A stretch of 63,143 bases of DNA, counting the filler, from Reticulomyxa filosa (lineage: Eukaryota; Protista; Foraminifera): assembly GCA_000512085.1 (NCBI GenBank). It is 15 parts of 15 records of this genome, joined end to end, with 100 filler letters (N's around TTAATTAATTAA, not from the genome) between each part and the next. Parts side by side here need not be neighbours in the genome. Positions count along the whole stretch, not along the records: positions 9,764 to 15,411 come from ASPP01014485.1; positions 15,512 to 21,842 come from ASPP01009914.1; positions 21,943 to 23,888 come from ASPP01005048.1; positions 23,989 to 26,196 come from ASPP01012758.1; 11 more parts are not named here. One strand, given 5' to 3'. Shown here one piece after another: positions 11,296 to 24,086 of the stretch. Positions within the stretch are counted from its first letter, which is position 1; each line of letters opens with the position of its first letter. A program made the position numbers and the translations under genes. The notes under the pieces are model-generated. The model searched no databases and was not told the origin of the DNA. It was given only the letters and a program-made list of their open reading frames with translations.

Positions 11296-14114
11296 TCATT
11301 CGCTGTCTTTGCTTTCTGATTCCTCGTTTTGTGTTCGCATGGAAATGAGTGGTACAGTTTTTAGTTTTTGGTCGATGTTGAGTGTCTTATATTTGTCACC
11401 AATTTGTTTACGCAACAAGTCTCGAAATGGACGGAAAATGTCTCCATTGACATAATCATTTTCGACAATATTCACCAAATACCAGGTTTCACAAATATTT
11501 TCGATCAATCTAAGCCAAGCAATTGAGTTCATCAACCAAAGTAAAAAGATAGCAGAATGTTGAATTGTGTTCTGACTTCAAATGTAAAAGAAAAAAAAGT
11601 ATCAAACTTGTATGAGGTGGAATCCTTAGGATAAATGCTTTGCCAATATGATTTCCATAAATCAAAAGCTTCCACTTTCCAAACCGGAACGACACGCTAT
11701 CAACAATGGTTGGTTGCATGATTTCTGAACTTGGAAATACTCCCCATGTCACGGCGTTAGTGTGATTGTTGATGCCACTGCTGTTATTATTGTTGCCATT
11801 AGCGCTTCTACAATAACTGCTAAAATCTCCCTTGTTATTCACTGCCATGAACGCCAAGGTGGGATACTTTGATTTCATTATTCCAACCAATTCGTTCAGT
11901 TGCTCTTTGCTACAAAAAAATTCCAGGTATGCCTTCGTATTATATTGATTAACGTGTATTGCATGCAGCAAACATATAACAAAAATATTACGAGTTTGTG
12001 AGAGCAAACAAACAAACAAAAAAACCCTAAACTTTTTGATACACATATCCATGCTTTTGGCCCCAACCAACATTAATGTCATCCGATGTTGCACCATTAA
12101 TTTGGGGTTGACTATTGATGGTGAGCAAATTGAATTGATTGAGTATCAATAGCGGCTCTAGCATATAAATAGTAGTCTCTCGATCGACACTTTCCATACA
12201 CCATGGCAATTTGGAGATTTTTTGTGACAGATATTTGACAAACACTTTGCTGATGTCTTCAATCGTGTCCAGTTGTTTTCCCCACATTTCAAGTCGCTCT
12301 TTTTTCTATTTTCGTACAAATTTTTGGGGGGAAAAAAAAAAAACTTTACAAAGAGAAATCGAAATAGGTGGGGATTAGTTAACTGTCATTTTTTGTTGTT
12401 GGTACAACAAATGGTGATGAGGAAATTCGCCAAATGCAGGCGACCGATTGTCTCCCCAGCGGCCATTGGGGAAGTCATCCCAATGTTGCGTTCGTCGAAT
12501 ATAACTGCTATCTCGATTCGACCAAAATATTGGTCGAACCGTTTCTGTCTTCCGTCGATGCGCCCCTCTCGCCTGCTTCAAACACAAGCCCGACAAAGTT
12601 TTGTTCTTTCATTTTTTTTTTCTGTCCCTTTTTTTTTTTTTTTTAAGGAACTGTCTTCCAAGGAAATTCGTTGGAATCTTCTTTTTTAACAAGACCCAAC
12701 GCTTCCAATGCCATTGTCACCGAACGTTCCAAATTAAATGTATAAAAATGAAGTGTCTATTTTGTATGTATAAATTGTTCAGCAGTTCACAGTCCAAACC
12801 GTGTCATCACATACCGTACAAAAAAAAAAAAAAAAAAAGACGCACGCACGTTAATCCCTCGTTGTAATATTTTCTTGCACATTTGCGTGCAATATTCAAT
12901 TCCAAATGCTCTGACTTTTTCATCGTCTTCTTTGATGGCTTCCAACTGCTTCCACACCTCATCTGGAACAGTAACATTGCTAAACGACACAATGCGCACA
13001 AAGCTGTTGTATGTTTGAATAGGCATCAACCCGGGAATGATCGGGACATTGATCCCATTCGCTCTACAAAGATCATAAAAATTTAAAAATTTGTCCACGT
13101 CATAAAACAACAGCGTTGTCACCCAATCCGCCTGTCCATTGATCACTTTCTGTTTCAAATACTTCAAGTCCTCTTCCAAGTTTTCCGATTCCACATGACC
13201 CTCGGGGTAGCCTGCGACACCAACGCTAAACCAATCGCCGTAATGTTTACGGATCAGTTTCACTAAATCGATTCCGTGTTCTAGTCCATGTTCCGTCGGT
13301 TCCCAAGTATCTGTGCCTCGAGGTGGATCTGCATTTTTTCCGTTATTGATGGTGTTTATTTTTGCGTATTTGCTATTAATGTTTATTTTTTTTTTTTTAT
13401 TACAAAACTCAAAAAAAAAAAAAAAATAAAGTAAAATAAAATGCGAAACTTCGCAAAGAGATTTAAAAAAAATAATTTTTTTTTTTAAAAAAAAAGACAA
13501 ACCCCCTCTCAAAGCCAAGATATTTCGAATTCCAAGGACCTTACAGCGATCTAAAAAGTGTAATAGCTCTTTTTTGCTCATTCCTGTCATTGATAGGTGC
13601 ACTACTATATCTGCACAAGATTTGGGGTACACATCAAAAAAAAATAATTTCGTAGAATTTTTTTTTTTACATTTGTTTTAAAATGAAACTGATGTGAGAG
13701 AAACAACAACAAAAAAGTGCAGTTTTGGATTGAAGGAGTGATAAATGTGTGCATACCTACCAACAGCTGTGCTTTCAAGCAATTGCTCCACCAATTCTAG
13801 TGTCTTGCCACCGCGGGTAAATGTGATATCAATAAAAAGGGGATCATATTCGGCCATTCTACAAATTCGGTCTCTAAGATATATGATACCGGAATTGTTT
13901 TGCGGAGGAAAAAATTCAAATGAATACAATGGACAGTCTCGATAAGTCGGCTGTGCACAAGTTGTTTTATTTTTTGCCCCTCCCAATGTTCACAACTTGC
14001 TATTCCCCTTTTGGCACAGTTTAACTAATTTCAGCTTGTCTGTTATTTTTTTTGTTCTGGACGTGATGTCGCAGGTGTTACAGTTGTGTCTATATCTGTT
14101 GTAGTTTGTGACAT
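11296..14114 (-). CDS. MTHFR: Methylenetetrahydrofolate reductase, eukaryotic two-domain type, multi-exon
   Basis: SFEFFPP, NILALRG|DPP, GVAGYPEGH, IIPGLMPI, VRPIFW, WDDFPNGRWG, LTINSQP, GWG..GYVYQKA, NAVTWGVFP..EIMQPTIVD, WYLVNIVENDY; one A-run near 14050 is a base short. Confidence 0.96.
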
Positions 14115-14423
14115 GACAATTTAGGGGCGTAAGGAAGAAAAAAAACTTGTAATCAAGAGCACTCGTGTCTTGACGGAGAAGTTATTTTTCAGTTGCATAT
14201 AGTACATCTCTCGTTAAAAGGTAACTAATTGAATTTCTATCCACTGTTGTAAATTATTTCTATCTACTGTTGTACATTGTTTCAATTTGAGGTTATAATT
14301 TTTGTCAAGGACAAATTAAAAAAAAAATTGGAAAATTAGATACGAAATGGCCGTGGAGAAATTTTAGCTGTTCTAAGCAAACAAATATGTTAGGTGATTT
14401 TTAAAAGTTCCTGTGAATAGCTC

Positions 14424-15320
14424 ATGTCTCGTTTGAAATTTTTAAATGGTAAATCACTGCTTGATCGTCATATTGGTCGTAGTACATTTGAATATTCTAG
14501 AGCCATTAAACTACCAGCGTCACCCCCAGTGCAGTATGCCGGATTTGTAGGCGCTTTGGAAGAACAGAGCAAATCTCTTCGCAATCCTCTCCTATGGCGA
14601 ATAGTCACTCCATTTGGCCGGAGCGATTATGACCGAATCAACTTAGGAAGTTGTCGCAAAGTGATTCGACTGTATGGGGAAGAGGACAATGAGAACACAA
14701 AAAAGGGAGAAAACGAGGATATGTTAATGGAGATCTATGAATACTCGGTTGGCTATATTCGTCCGACAATATTTTCATTGATCCCATTTCCAGCGTTTCT
14801 CCAACAGCAATTTCACAAATTGCAATTTTTGGTGACAAGTTTTTTATTCGACAAGCTTGGAAGTGGACGACTACTAAGTCAAATTGGTTACAGGAATAAC
14901 ATGACAAAAAATTTGACCAAAGACAACTTTACGAGTAGTGAAGGTAATTACTTTGCAAAATGGAACTCGAGTATATATTTAATTAAAGTATTGCACACGC
15001 CAAAAAAAAGCCAAGAGACTCAACAAGCCGAATGCAAAGAGCAATATGTTGTGTTATCGACAAGATGTCTTGTCCCTTGGAGTGATGATAACAAATATCA
15101 ACCTTTGTTGATGAGAGTGTATCATCGATTTGTCAAGTATATTTGTTATGGGCCATATTGGCATATGTTCATTACCCCTTTAAGTAGATATGGAGACAAC
15201 ATGCTTCAGCAACTGCACACCAAAATGTGCGAACTTGACAAAGAAAACCAAAGAAAACAAACTGTCCCAAAACCAACCACACATACAATCAAAAGACAAC
15301 GTAAGAATCCAAAACATTGA
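14424..15320 (+). CDS. Hypothetical protein (298 aa, intronless), divergent from MTHFR
   Basis: Long ORF with ATG start and normal composition; no motif recognised. Confidence 0.6.
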   Translation: MSRLKFLNGKSLLDRHIGRSTFEYSRAIKLPASPPVQYAGFVGALEEQSKSLRNPLLWRIVTPFGRSDYDRINLGSCRKVIRLYGEEDNENTKKGENEDMLMEIYEYSVGYIRPTIFSLIPFPAFLQQQFHKLQFLVTSFLFDKLGSGRLLSQIGYRNNMTKNLTKDNFTSSEGNYFAKWNSSIYLIKVLHTPKKSQETQQAECKEQYVVLSTRCLVPWSDDNKYQPLLMRVYHRFVKYICYGPYWHMFITPLSRYGDNMLQQLHTKMCELDKENQRKQTVPKPTTHTIKRQRKNPKH

Positions 15321-15370
15321 TTCTCGCAAAAGACTAAAAAAGATAAACAGATAGCCATTTCAGAAATTTT

Positions 15371-15411
<41 letters not shown>

Positions 15412-15511
15412 NNNNNNNNNNNNNNNNNNNNNNNNNNNNNNNNNNNNNNNNNNNNTTAATTAATTAANNNNNNNNNNNNNNNNNNNNNNNNNNNNNNNNN
15501 NNNNNNNNNNN

Positions 15512-17267
15512 TATATATATATATACATATATACATATATATGTATATATGTATAAGACAACGAACCAAGTGGTCTTTGATAGCATTAGACAACTTCTGC
15601 TGGCCTGTTTGTAGTTGTGATAAGGTCAAACAGGCCCAATGTAGTCGAACCATGTTCGTTTCGGAATAGGGAAAATCCGAACATGCAATGATATCTTTGA
15701 TAATCTCTGTTTCTATTTCTTCGTTCAGCAATGATGCTATCTTGTCTTTCATTTCGGTTACGTCACAAGGACCTGTCACACAAAGTAATTCAAAGCGATT
15801 TGCACACGCATACATATATATGTTTATATATATGTATATGTATACGTATGTATGTACAAATAATAATAATAATAATAATAATAAAGATTAGAACATGTTG
15901 ATTCATTTGCGTATTTGTCGAAGAGTATCTTCACGCAAGAGATCCAATTGAATAAATCTTTGTAGCATAGAAGTGCTTCATTGGCATTGTCCGACTGTTT
16001 GAAATTGGCGATGACTTGAAGGAGGGTTTTTGGAGCGGGCTTGTCGGGTGGTAATCAGTGATTTGAGTATGCTGACAACACACTCTTCATCGCCTTTCTT
16101 TTCGTCAATGTCGTTGAATCCGTATCCCAAGGATTGCGTCGTCGTCATTGTCGTCATCATCGTCATCTCCGAAAGTAAGGTGTTGCCCAAAACTGTACTT
16201 TGAATATCATTCACCCAATCCTTTGGATCGCACTCTTCGGGTGTTAGTTTGTAACGTTGATGTGGCAATAGCAGAATAAACCGTTTATTCAATTTGTCAT
16301 CCTCTAACGTCACACCCTTTATCTTATTTAGGTCATGCGCTTTTTTTTTTTTTTTTTTGTGTGTATACGTATATCATGTGTGTATATGTATACGTACTTA
16401 TCAAAGTACTTTGATTTATTTTTTTTTTTTTTTTTTTGAATAAAACAAATATATATACATATATGTATATACATTTCTTTTCGTTTGTAAAGCATACTTT
16501 TGCATATAATCTCATTGCAAGACGTCAGCTCTTTGTTTGTGTTGAGCACGTAGAAACGACGACATGCCTGCGCAAATAGCCCTTTGCCCTCCTTCATCAT
16601 ATACCCCGATCGCACCACCTTCACCAAGGATGTGGGTTCGACCATGCAACACGAAGTCATCAAAGTTGGCAAGGTGGTTTTCACCTCCAATAAGTGAGGG
16701 CCGCGACACAGCATCGGTGACCTAATGTCTTTACCCAATGTCGGTTGCGAGTATATTGCGCCTTCAAGTGGAATTAAACGAGAAGAGTTGTTTTTCCAAA
16801 TCTGATAGCGAGTTCTTATCTTCTCGCTTCTTTCGCCATCTATTTATTTATACATACGTATACATATTTACATATATGTAAATATGTATATGTACGTGTA
16901 TGTACAAATAAATAGATAGATTCCTCTCAAAAAAAAAAAAAGAAAAAAAAAGATTACTTTGAATATACTCTTCCACAACATCAATGTCGACACTGTCTCT
17001 GGTTTCAGGATACTCTCTTTTTTTGATGCTCTTGATCACTGATACGTAGTCTTTCTTCACGCATCTGTATTCAGGAAAGTTGTGAGATGAGAGTTCTACA
17101 ACAGTGTTTTTTTTCTCGTCAATCGGCAATGCAATATCCCCCAATGCCACATAACCTTCTGGCGGAATAGCTCTCCAAAAGCTGCAACTTGACACGTTTT
17201 CTGTGCTTATTGCTATTCAAACCATTACAAAGCAACTCCATCTTTTGTTATATGTGTACATATACAC

Positions 17268-17299
<32 letters not shown>

Positions 17300-18810
17300 G
17301 TATACGTATACGTGTACATATATGAAAATAATATTAAGTGTACATAAATTGTCAATTCCATAACAGACAATATACACAGCCATATACACACACACAACAC
17401 GTAAAACAAGAGTCATGATCCCGACTCTAATGTTTTTACAATCCTTCTTTTTTTTGTTGTTGTTGCTTACATGTACTCGCGGCAAAGAACGAAGAGCCGC
17501 GAGATGGTTTTTTCAAAGAGGGCGAACGGGCGCTCCAAAGACATTGAAATTTCACCGGCGGCTTGAAGGCGTCTGGATCACTTCCCCCTGTTTTCAAAAT
17601 GAGCAGCTTCGCTTTGTAAGGGTCCATGCACGGGTGATGCCAACTGCCGAGAGCCAAGTGACCGACCATGTATTCCCCATAGCCTAGCTTTGGCTCCCAC
17701 ACAGAGCACCTTTGTCCGGAAGACTCGAACGACTCTTGTGACGACCAAATCAGAGAAAAATCGGTCGCCGCTCCGACGATCAACGGCGGTGCCGATGATA
17801 TGTCTTCCTTCTGCTCTGTGCTATCTCTGCTCACCTCTTCACGTGTTTGCACAAGACTCCATCTCCTTCGTCTCACACATTGTTCCTTGTTGCACTCCGA
17901 ACTAAACTCTTTTCCTTCAAAGTCTTTTGCATATAATTTGGTGAACAAAAAAAAAAATGGAGGAGAAAGATTTCAAATTTTTTATACTAAAAAAAAAAAT
18001 CAGAGTCAATTTTTTAAAACTACTTTTTTTTTTTTAAAAAAAAAAAAAAATGTAATACCAGTGCTATATTGCCATCCTTCCTCATCAGTAGTTATATCAA
18101 CGACAACTTGCCATTTTGTTGTCTTCAATTCCATGCCATCGAACACTCTATCCATTTACATTATATACATATATTCATATATATATGTATATATGTATAT
18201 ATATATATATATATGTGTACATATATATATATATATATATAGGATGAGGGACAAAATAAAAAAAACGAGGGCGTGTACTTTTCATTGCCATATTCATCTA
18301 CGTAATGTGGTGGATTCGATTCTACTATTGGTGGGGTCCAAAAATCAGAGTCAAATCGCACTTGATGCTCAATCACATATTTAGTCTGTTTTTCTCTTTC
18401 AATGGCTCGCACACGAAATCTTTTCCACACGCGTTGTCTCACTCTGTGCCCTGGTGGCTCATATTCTCTATAAACAGGCTCAAATGAAGAGCCACCTTTC
18501 CAATTGGAACACTCCCAGTCACCACACCATCTCCATTTGTTTTCTACACTTTCGATGTATGGCAAAACTGTACGTGAGGGCTCACTACATTTTTCAAAAT
18601 TTTTGCTCGTAAAGTTATAAGGATATTGCAACTGATCTGGCGCGGTCCATTGACTTTCTTTTGCATCTGTCATTGACTCCATTATCATACACATACCCAA
18701 AAAAAAAAAAACGCACCTCTTCCTTGTTGGGATACTTTCTATCCTTTTTTATTTTCGTATATTCTTACCAAACACTCGTTTTCAAAAATTTCTGTCTTTT
18801 CTAATTCCAT
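15512..18810 (-). CDS. Multi-exon protein: two Dysferlin (DysF) domains + Vps62/DUF946-like repeats + PH domain (3' truncated)
   Basis: EIFENE...WRWCGDW...RVRQRVWKR; DEEGWQYS...VRRRRW; SVWEPKLGYGEYMVGH; SFWRAIPPEGYVALGDIA; VVRSGYMMKEGKGLFAQACRRFYVL. Confidence 0.75.
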
Positions 18811-19402
18811 TTTTCAGATATTGACACTTAAAAAAAGTGCTTTGCAGAATGAGAAGTGCTCAAACTCTCAATATAATGAAATATACACTAAATTTGACGC
18901 GTTTGTTTGAAGAAGATGTTTTTTTATTTAGAATTTCAAACATCCTAACTCTTTTTCGCTCACTTTTTGGATTGCACTTACAAATTTGCACGTGTAGATA
19001 TTCTTTCTTTTTACAGATTGCTTTACTTTTAATGTGTACGTTTTTACAAAGATTAAGTAAACCTTGAAATTTTTTTTTCCTTTATATTAAGCACTGGATT
19101 GGGCCGTTATTATTCCATTTTACTATCATTGTCAATCTATTCGTTTATTGCATCTTCTTTAGACAGTTCTATCACCACAAAAGTCCAAGCACAAAATCAA
19201 GTAACACATTCTAAAATTGATGTGTTGGCAGCAAAAAAAATTACGGAAAAACCCAGAAACAGAAAATAGCTCATTGTTGAGAGATTGTGAGTGTATTTTG
19301 GTGAAAGTTGTGTTGTTCCTTTAGACTAAACAAACTATTTGTAAAGCCAAACAAGGCGAAAAAAACTCTGAGTTTGCGTCGTATCAGCATCTATATTGAG
19401 CA

Positions 19403-20885
19403 ATGTCATTGAAAACACCAATTGTGTGCGATAATGGCACAGGTTTCGTGAAGGCAGGATATGCAGGCACCAATTTCCCGCAGTTGAACTTCCGTTCACT
19501 GATCGGTCGACCAATGATGCGAGCCGACGAAAAATTATCAAAAAAAAGGGATTGTGTTGAAAGACATCATGGTAGGAGACGAAGCCGCAGAAGCGAGAGA
19601 ATTTTTGGAAATATCGTTCAGTACCATTTTATTTTTTTTTTTTGCGTGTGTGGTTCAGCATTACCTTTCCCCTCCCCCAAAAAAAAAATACATATACATG
19701 AAGTGAGTACAAGCATAAAACTAACAAAACGAAACAAATAGTTACCCGTTAGAAAACGGTATAATCCGCAACTGGTCCGATATGAAAATTTTGTGGGACT
19801 ACACATTTGTGGATTGTCTAAAAATCAACCCAAGCGAGCACAGAGTACTGTTGACTGAGCCACCAGGGAACCCAGCAGAAAACCGACAAAAAATGTACAC
19901 ACATATGTTTGACGTGTATGGCTTTGCTGGCGCGATGGTGGCCATCCAGGCAGTGCTGGTATTGTACGCCCAAGGTCTTCTCACCGGTGTCGTGTTGGAC
20001 AGTGGAGATGGAGTATCCCACGTGATTCCAGTGTTCGAAGGTTACGGAATGCCAAACATCATTCAGCGAGTCAACGTCGCAGGACGACACGTTACAAAGT
20101 TTAAAACAGTAACCTTTATTTTTTATTAGTTGTTCAAAAAAAAAAAGGGGGAAAAAATTTACTACGTATACTATAATGGGGTTTTTTTAAGAAGAAGATA
20201 GAAATTAATTTTTAGTAATTTTTTTTTTTATGGTGTAAACTTTTTTTTATGTATTATTGTTTTGTTTAGACAATTGATAAACTTATTGCAATTGCGAGGA
20301 TACAACTTGAACCGAACAGCAGACTTTGACACAGCACGTCAAATCAAAGAGAGTTTGTGTTATGTGGGCTATGATTTGGAAATTGAACGACGATTGGCAT
20401 TGGAAACGACCACGTTAGTTCGACCATTCCAATTGCCAGATGGGCGTGTCATCAAGGTTGGCCGTGAACGATTTGAGGCAGCCGAAGTGTTGTTTGATCC
20501 TTCGAAAGTAGGAGTAGAGGGAAAAGGGTTGGCCGAGTTGTTGTGGGCAGGCATTAACAAGGCGGATATGGATTTGAGACCACAATTCTATAAACATATT
20601 GTTTTATCTGGCGGAACCACAATGTTTGCAGGTCTTCCTTCACGATTGGAACGAGATATGAAAGAACTGTGGGTGGAAAGAGTTGCCAAAGGTGACCGAA
20701 ATCGCCTTAGTAAATTCAAATTGAAAATTGAAGATCCACCAAGACGTAAGAATATGGTGTTTTTAGGTGGAAGTGTGTTGGCTGACATTATGAAAGAACA
20801 ACCTGACTTTTGGTTATCAAAGGAAGAATGGAAAGAAAAAGGACCTCAACGAGCAATGGCGGAAAAACACAAAAAAGGAACATAA
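19403..20885 (+). CDS. ARP2: Actin-related protein 2 (Arp2/3 complex), 3 exons
   Basis: [55 protein letters not shown]; introns ~19616-19741 and ~20099-20269; one extra A in the run at 19540-19547. Confidence 0.96.
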
Positions 20886-21942
20886 ACAAACGAAATTTAA
20901 ATTTGAGTTTATTTTTTTGTTACAGTCTTGCTCTTTTTTGTTTCCCTTTTGCCTGTTTAAATCAAAAAAAGAAAGGGGAAAACAGTAAAAACTTCCAAAA
21001 TTGAAAACTTTCGTTTTTGGAAAAAATGTGTATGTGATATTTCAACTTTGAAGCGTTGCACAGTTTCTTTTGAAAAATATCTAAGTATTAAACATTTCAG
21101 AATAATGCAAATGAAAAATTATTATAATTGTTTCGAATCTGTTTTGTAATAGTGTTCCAAGCAAATCATTAAATAAAAAAAATGAAAGATTAACAAATAA
21201 TTTTTTAAAAGTCTTTTACAATACATAAATATTATAAATATTGGACATAAGATACTGTAATTCATTTATCAATAAATAACTCGTATTATTAAAATTAAAT
21301 AAATTATTTTTTTTAAAAAAAAAAAAGTGTGATTCATGTGCAAATTTTTACTATATCATAAATATATATTTACAAATTCAAAATTATTTTTAAAAATCGA
21401 ATTTTTAAAAATATTGTTGTAAAATTCATTTTTATTCATTTTATTTATTTGATTTAATTAAAAATTTTAATAAATAATTCAAACATAAGTACCATTTCAT
21501 TGAACATTCATAACACTTCTTTTTTAAAAAAATTTATTGTTTTTTATTTAAAAAAAAAAAGAAAATATTTAGTTTTGATATACAAGATTTTATATATGAT
21601 GACAATGACAATATTAAATCCTTTAAAATTGCAAATAATAAAAATTATTGAACAAAAGGAAAGTATGTTACAAATCGCTGAAAGGCTTCAAAAAAAAAAA
21701 AAATATGATAATGACAAAAAAAAAATTTTGTTATGCTTTTTGTTTTTTGGAGAAATTTGCCTTCACATTTTTCAATCCAGTCGATAAAATAATTGTCATT
21801 TTGTAAAATTTCAACAGGTTCAGCTTTTACAAGGTGAATATCNNNNNNNNNNNNNNNNNNNNNNNNNNNNNNNNNNNNNNNNNNNNTTAATTAATTAANN
21901 NNNNNNNNNNNNNNNNNNNNNNNNNNNNNNNNNNNNNNNNNN

Positions 21943-21979
<37 letters not shown>

Positions 21980-21980
<1 letters not shown>

Positions 21981-22832
21981 CATTGGTTGTGCATAGATCC
22001 ATTTGCGATAATGTCTCCACAAATGTAAGAATTGAATATTCAGTTTGTAACACCAATTTCCATTTCCTTCTTCAAATCCAATTTTTTCCAAGTTATTTTC
22101 TACCTCTCCCAAAGTTTGATCAAATTTTGCATTCTGCCATTGACACTTGCATTTCAGGATATCATCCAAAACGTAACCACAAATTTGATAATTTTCGCAG
22201 AGTAACATCCACAAAACATGCAAACATATTTCTCTAACAATTGTTGATTCTGCACTTTCTTTTGATCTATCTTTTGTTAAATTCCAAACTATATTTTTTT
22301 GAGCAAGTTTTTCTTTGAAAAAAAAAAAAAAAAATGAAAGAAGCGTATTGTGATATTAATAAACTCTTCGCTGCAAAGAGCAGAACAAATTTTGTCCAAT
22401 TCCGATCTCGTTTCATGATACTTTTTTTGCATTTTAGCCAGACTTCTAAAAATTTCTTTTTCGTCAATTAGGAAGTCAAAGTCTTCCAATAACTTCATTA
22501 AAGATTTTGCTGTTCATGAGATGCGCTATTCAAAGATTGCAAAAAAAAAAAAAAAAAATGCCAAAATTAAGCATCGCTACTTATAAAGATGTCTCCTTGA
22601 TATATGAAACTTTTTGCAACTTATTTCGGGTCATAAAGTTCAAGATTGTTGTTATTTGATCACTTTGTTTGTTATAATATTCCCACATTCGCAAAATAAC
22701 GGCGTTTTCAATATTTTTGAAAGATTGTTGCAAGTCTAGCAGTTTTTTGTCCTTTTCTTCGCTGCGTAATTTTTGCTGTTGGTTATTGAGAGATCTTCTC
22801 GGGAACATGTCTCGCTTGCGATTCACGCTCAT
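21980..22832 (-). CDS. Multi-exon hypothetical protein with a possible CUE/UBA-like N-terminal helical motif (partial)
   Basis: LQQSFKNIENAVILRMWEYY pattern; further coding blocks at 22289-22498 and 21980-22260. Confidence 0.4.
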
Positions 22833-23268
22833 TTTGATTTCAAGTAGATGCAAGAGCAAAAAATATTGCTTGAGGATTACGCGTAGTGTTACGAAAGGAT
22901 TTTTCAGATGTTCTCTATTTTTCCGAAAACTCAACAATTTTTTCTCAGTTCTTTGAAAATATTATTTCAAAAGATTAGTAAAAAATGATTTATTTCTGAA
23001 AATATCAATAAGCGGTTTTTCTATTGAAGATAGAAGACCTTTCGCCCGAATTTATTTGGAAATTATAAAAAACATCAAAACAAGAGTCTGTTTTTTGCTG
23101 CGTTTTTTTTTTTTTTATTGAAGTAAATTATGTTAAAATGTACCGAAAATACATTGGATGATGTGCATGCATTTTTGTCGTGGTTAACAACAAAAAACTT
23201 TTATATTCACATCACGACAAATAAACAAATTCAAAAAAAAAGGACAATTTTTCCATTAAAATATTTTC

Positions 23269-23825
23269 CTAAAAGGCATCGCTTCCTTTATCATCATCAG
23301 GCTGAGATCTGTTCAACTCAGAGTCACCATCGCCACCAGGTTTGTCAGAACCATCGCCACCAGGTTTGTCAGAACCACCGCCTTCTCCTTGTTGTAAAGC
23401 TTCCCATTTGTATTTTTGAGGTCTCAAATGTTTTGGTAATATCGTCTTCGGGAAATCAATGTAAAGTTCTATGAACAACATTACACACATTGTGTATATA
23501 TAAATAAATGCAAATACAAATATATACATAAACATATATATTTGTATATAAACGAACCGAAAATATTTTCCAAATGTTCGTTTGGATCTCTTGACAAGGC
23601 AACTAATTTTTCCAAAGCACCGACGACCATTTCAAAATGAAATGGCTCATATGCCATAATGCAAATCTGTTTGTAAGCAGGAGGACGCAGCCCAGTTGCA
23701 CCTTGTGTGAACGAACGAGCTCTCCCTTTTTGGCCTTCGCTTCGCGGTTTGTGGTTCACGTTATACGTTATCGTAAGCGTGCAAGATTTACGATCAGTAG
23801 GAATGAATCGAACATTTCTGACCAT
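23269..23825 (-). CDS. 3' exons of a hypothetical protein with a GGDGSDKP repeat tail
   Basis: Two coding blocks split by a TA-rich intron; 24-bp tandem duplication near 23327-23380. Confidence 0.55.
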
Positions 23826-23993
23826 TTATTTTATTTATTTTTTTTTTGACAAGTTAAAACAAAAAGAAGAAAGAGGTATATGTAATATNNNNNNNNNNNN
23901 NNNNNNNNNNNNNNNNNNNNNNNNNNNNNNNNTTAATTAATTAANNNNNNNNNNNNNNNNNNNNNNNNNNNNNNNNNNNNNNNNNNNNATATA

Positions 23994-24027
<34 letters not shown>

Positions 24028-24086
24028 CTTATATTTATATTTATATAATACAATACATACTTCAAAAAGACCATCCTCTCGGGCAA

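Noticed and set aside
17225-18250. ORFs rich in YIYIY or FFFF/KKKK
   Set aside because: Translations of intronic (TA)n microsatellites and homopolymer runs
19540-19547. ARP2 as a pseudogene or programmed frameshift
   Set aside because: A single extra base in a poly-A run of an otherwise conserved gene; homopolymer error is the simplest explanation
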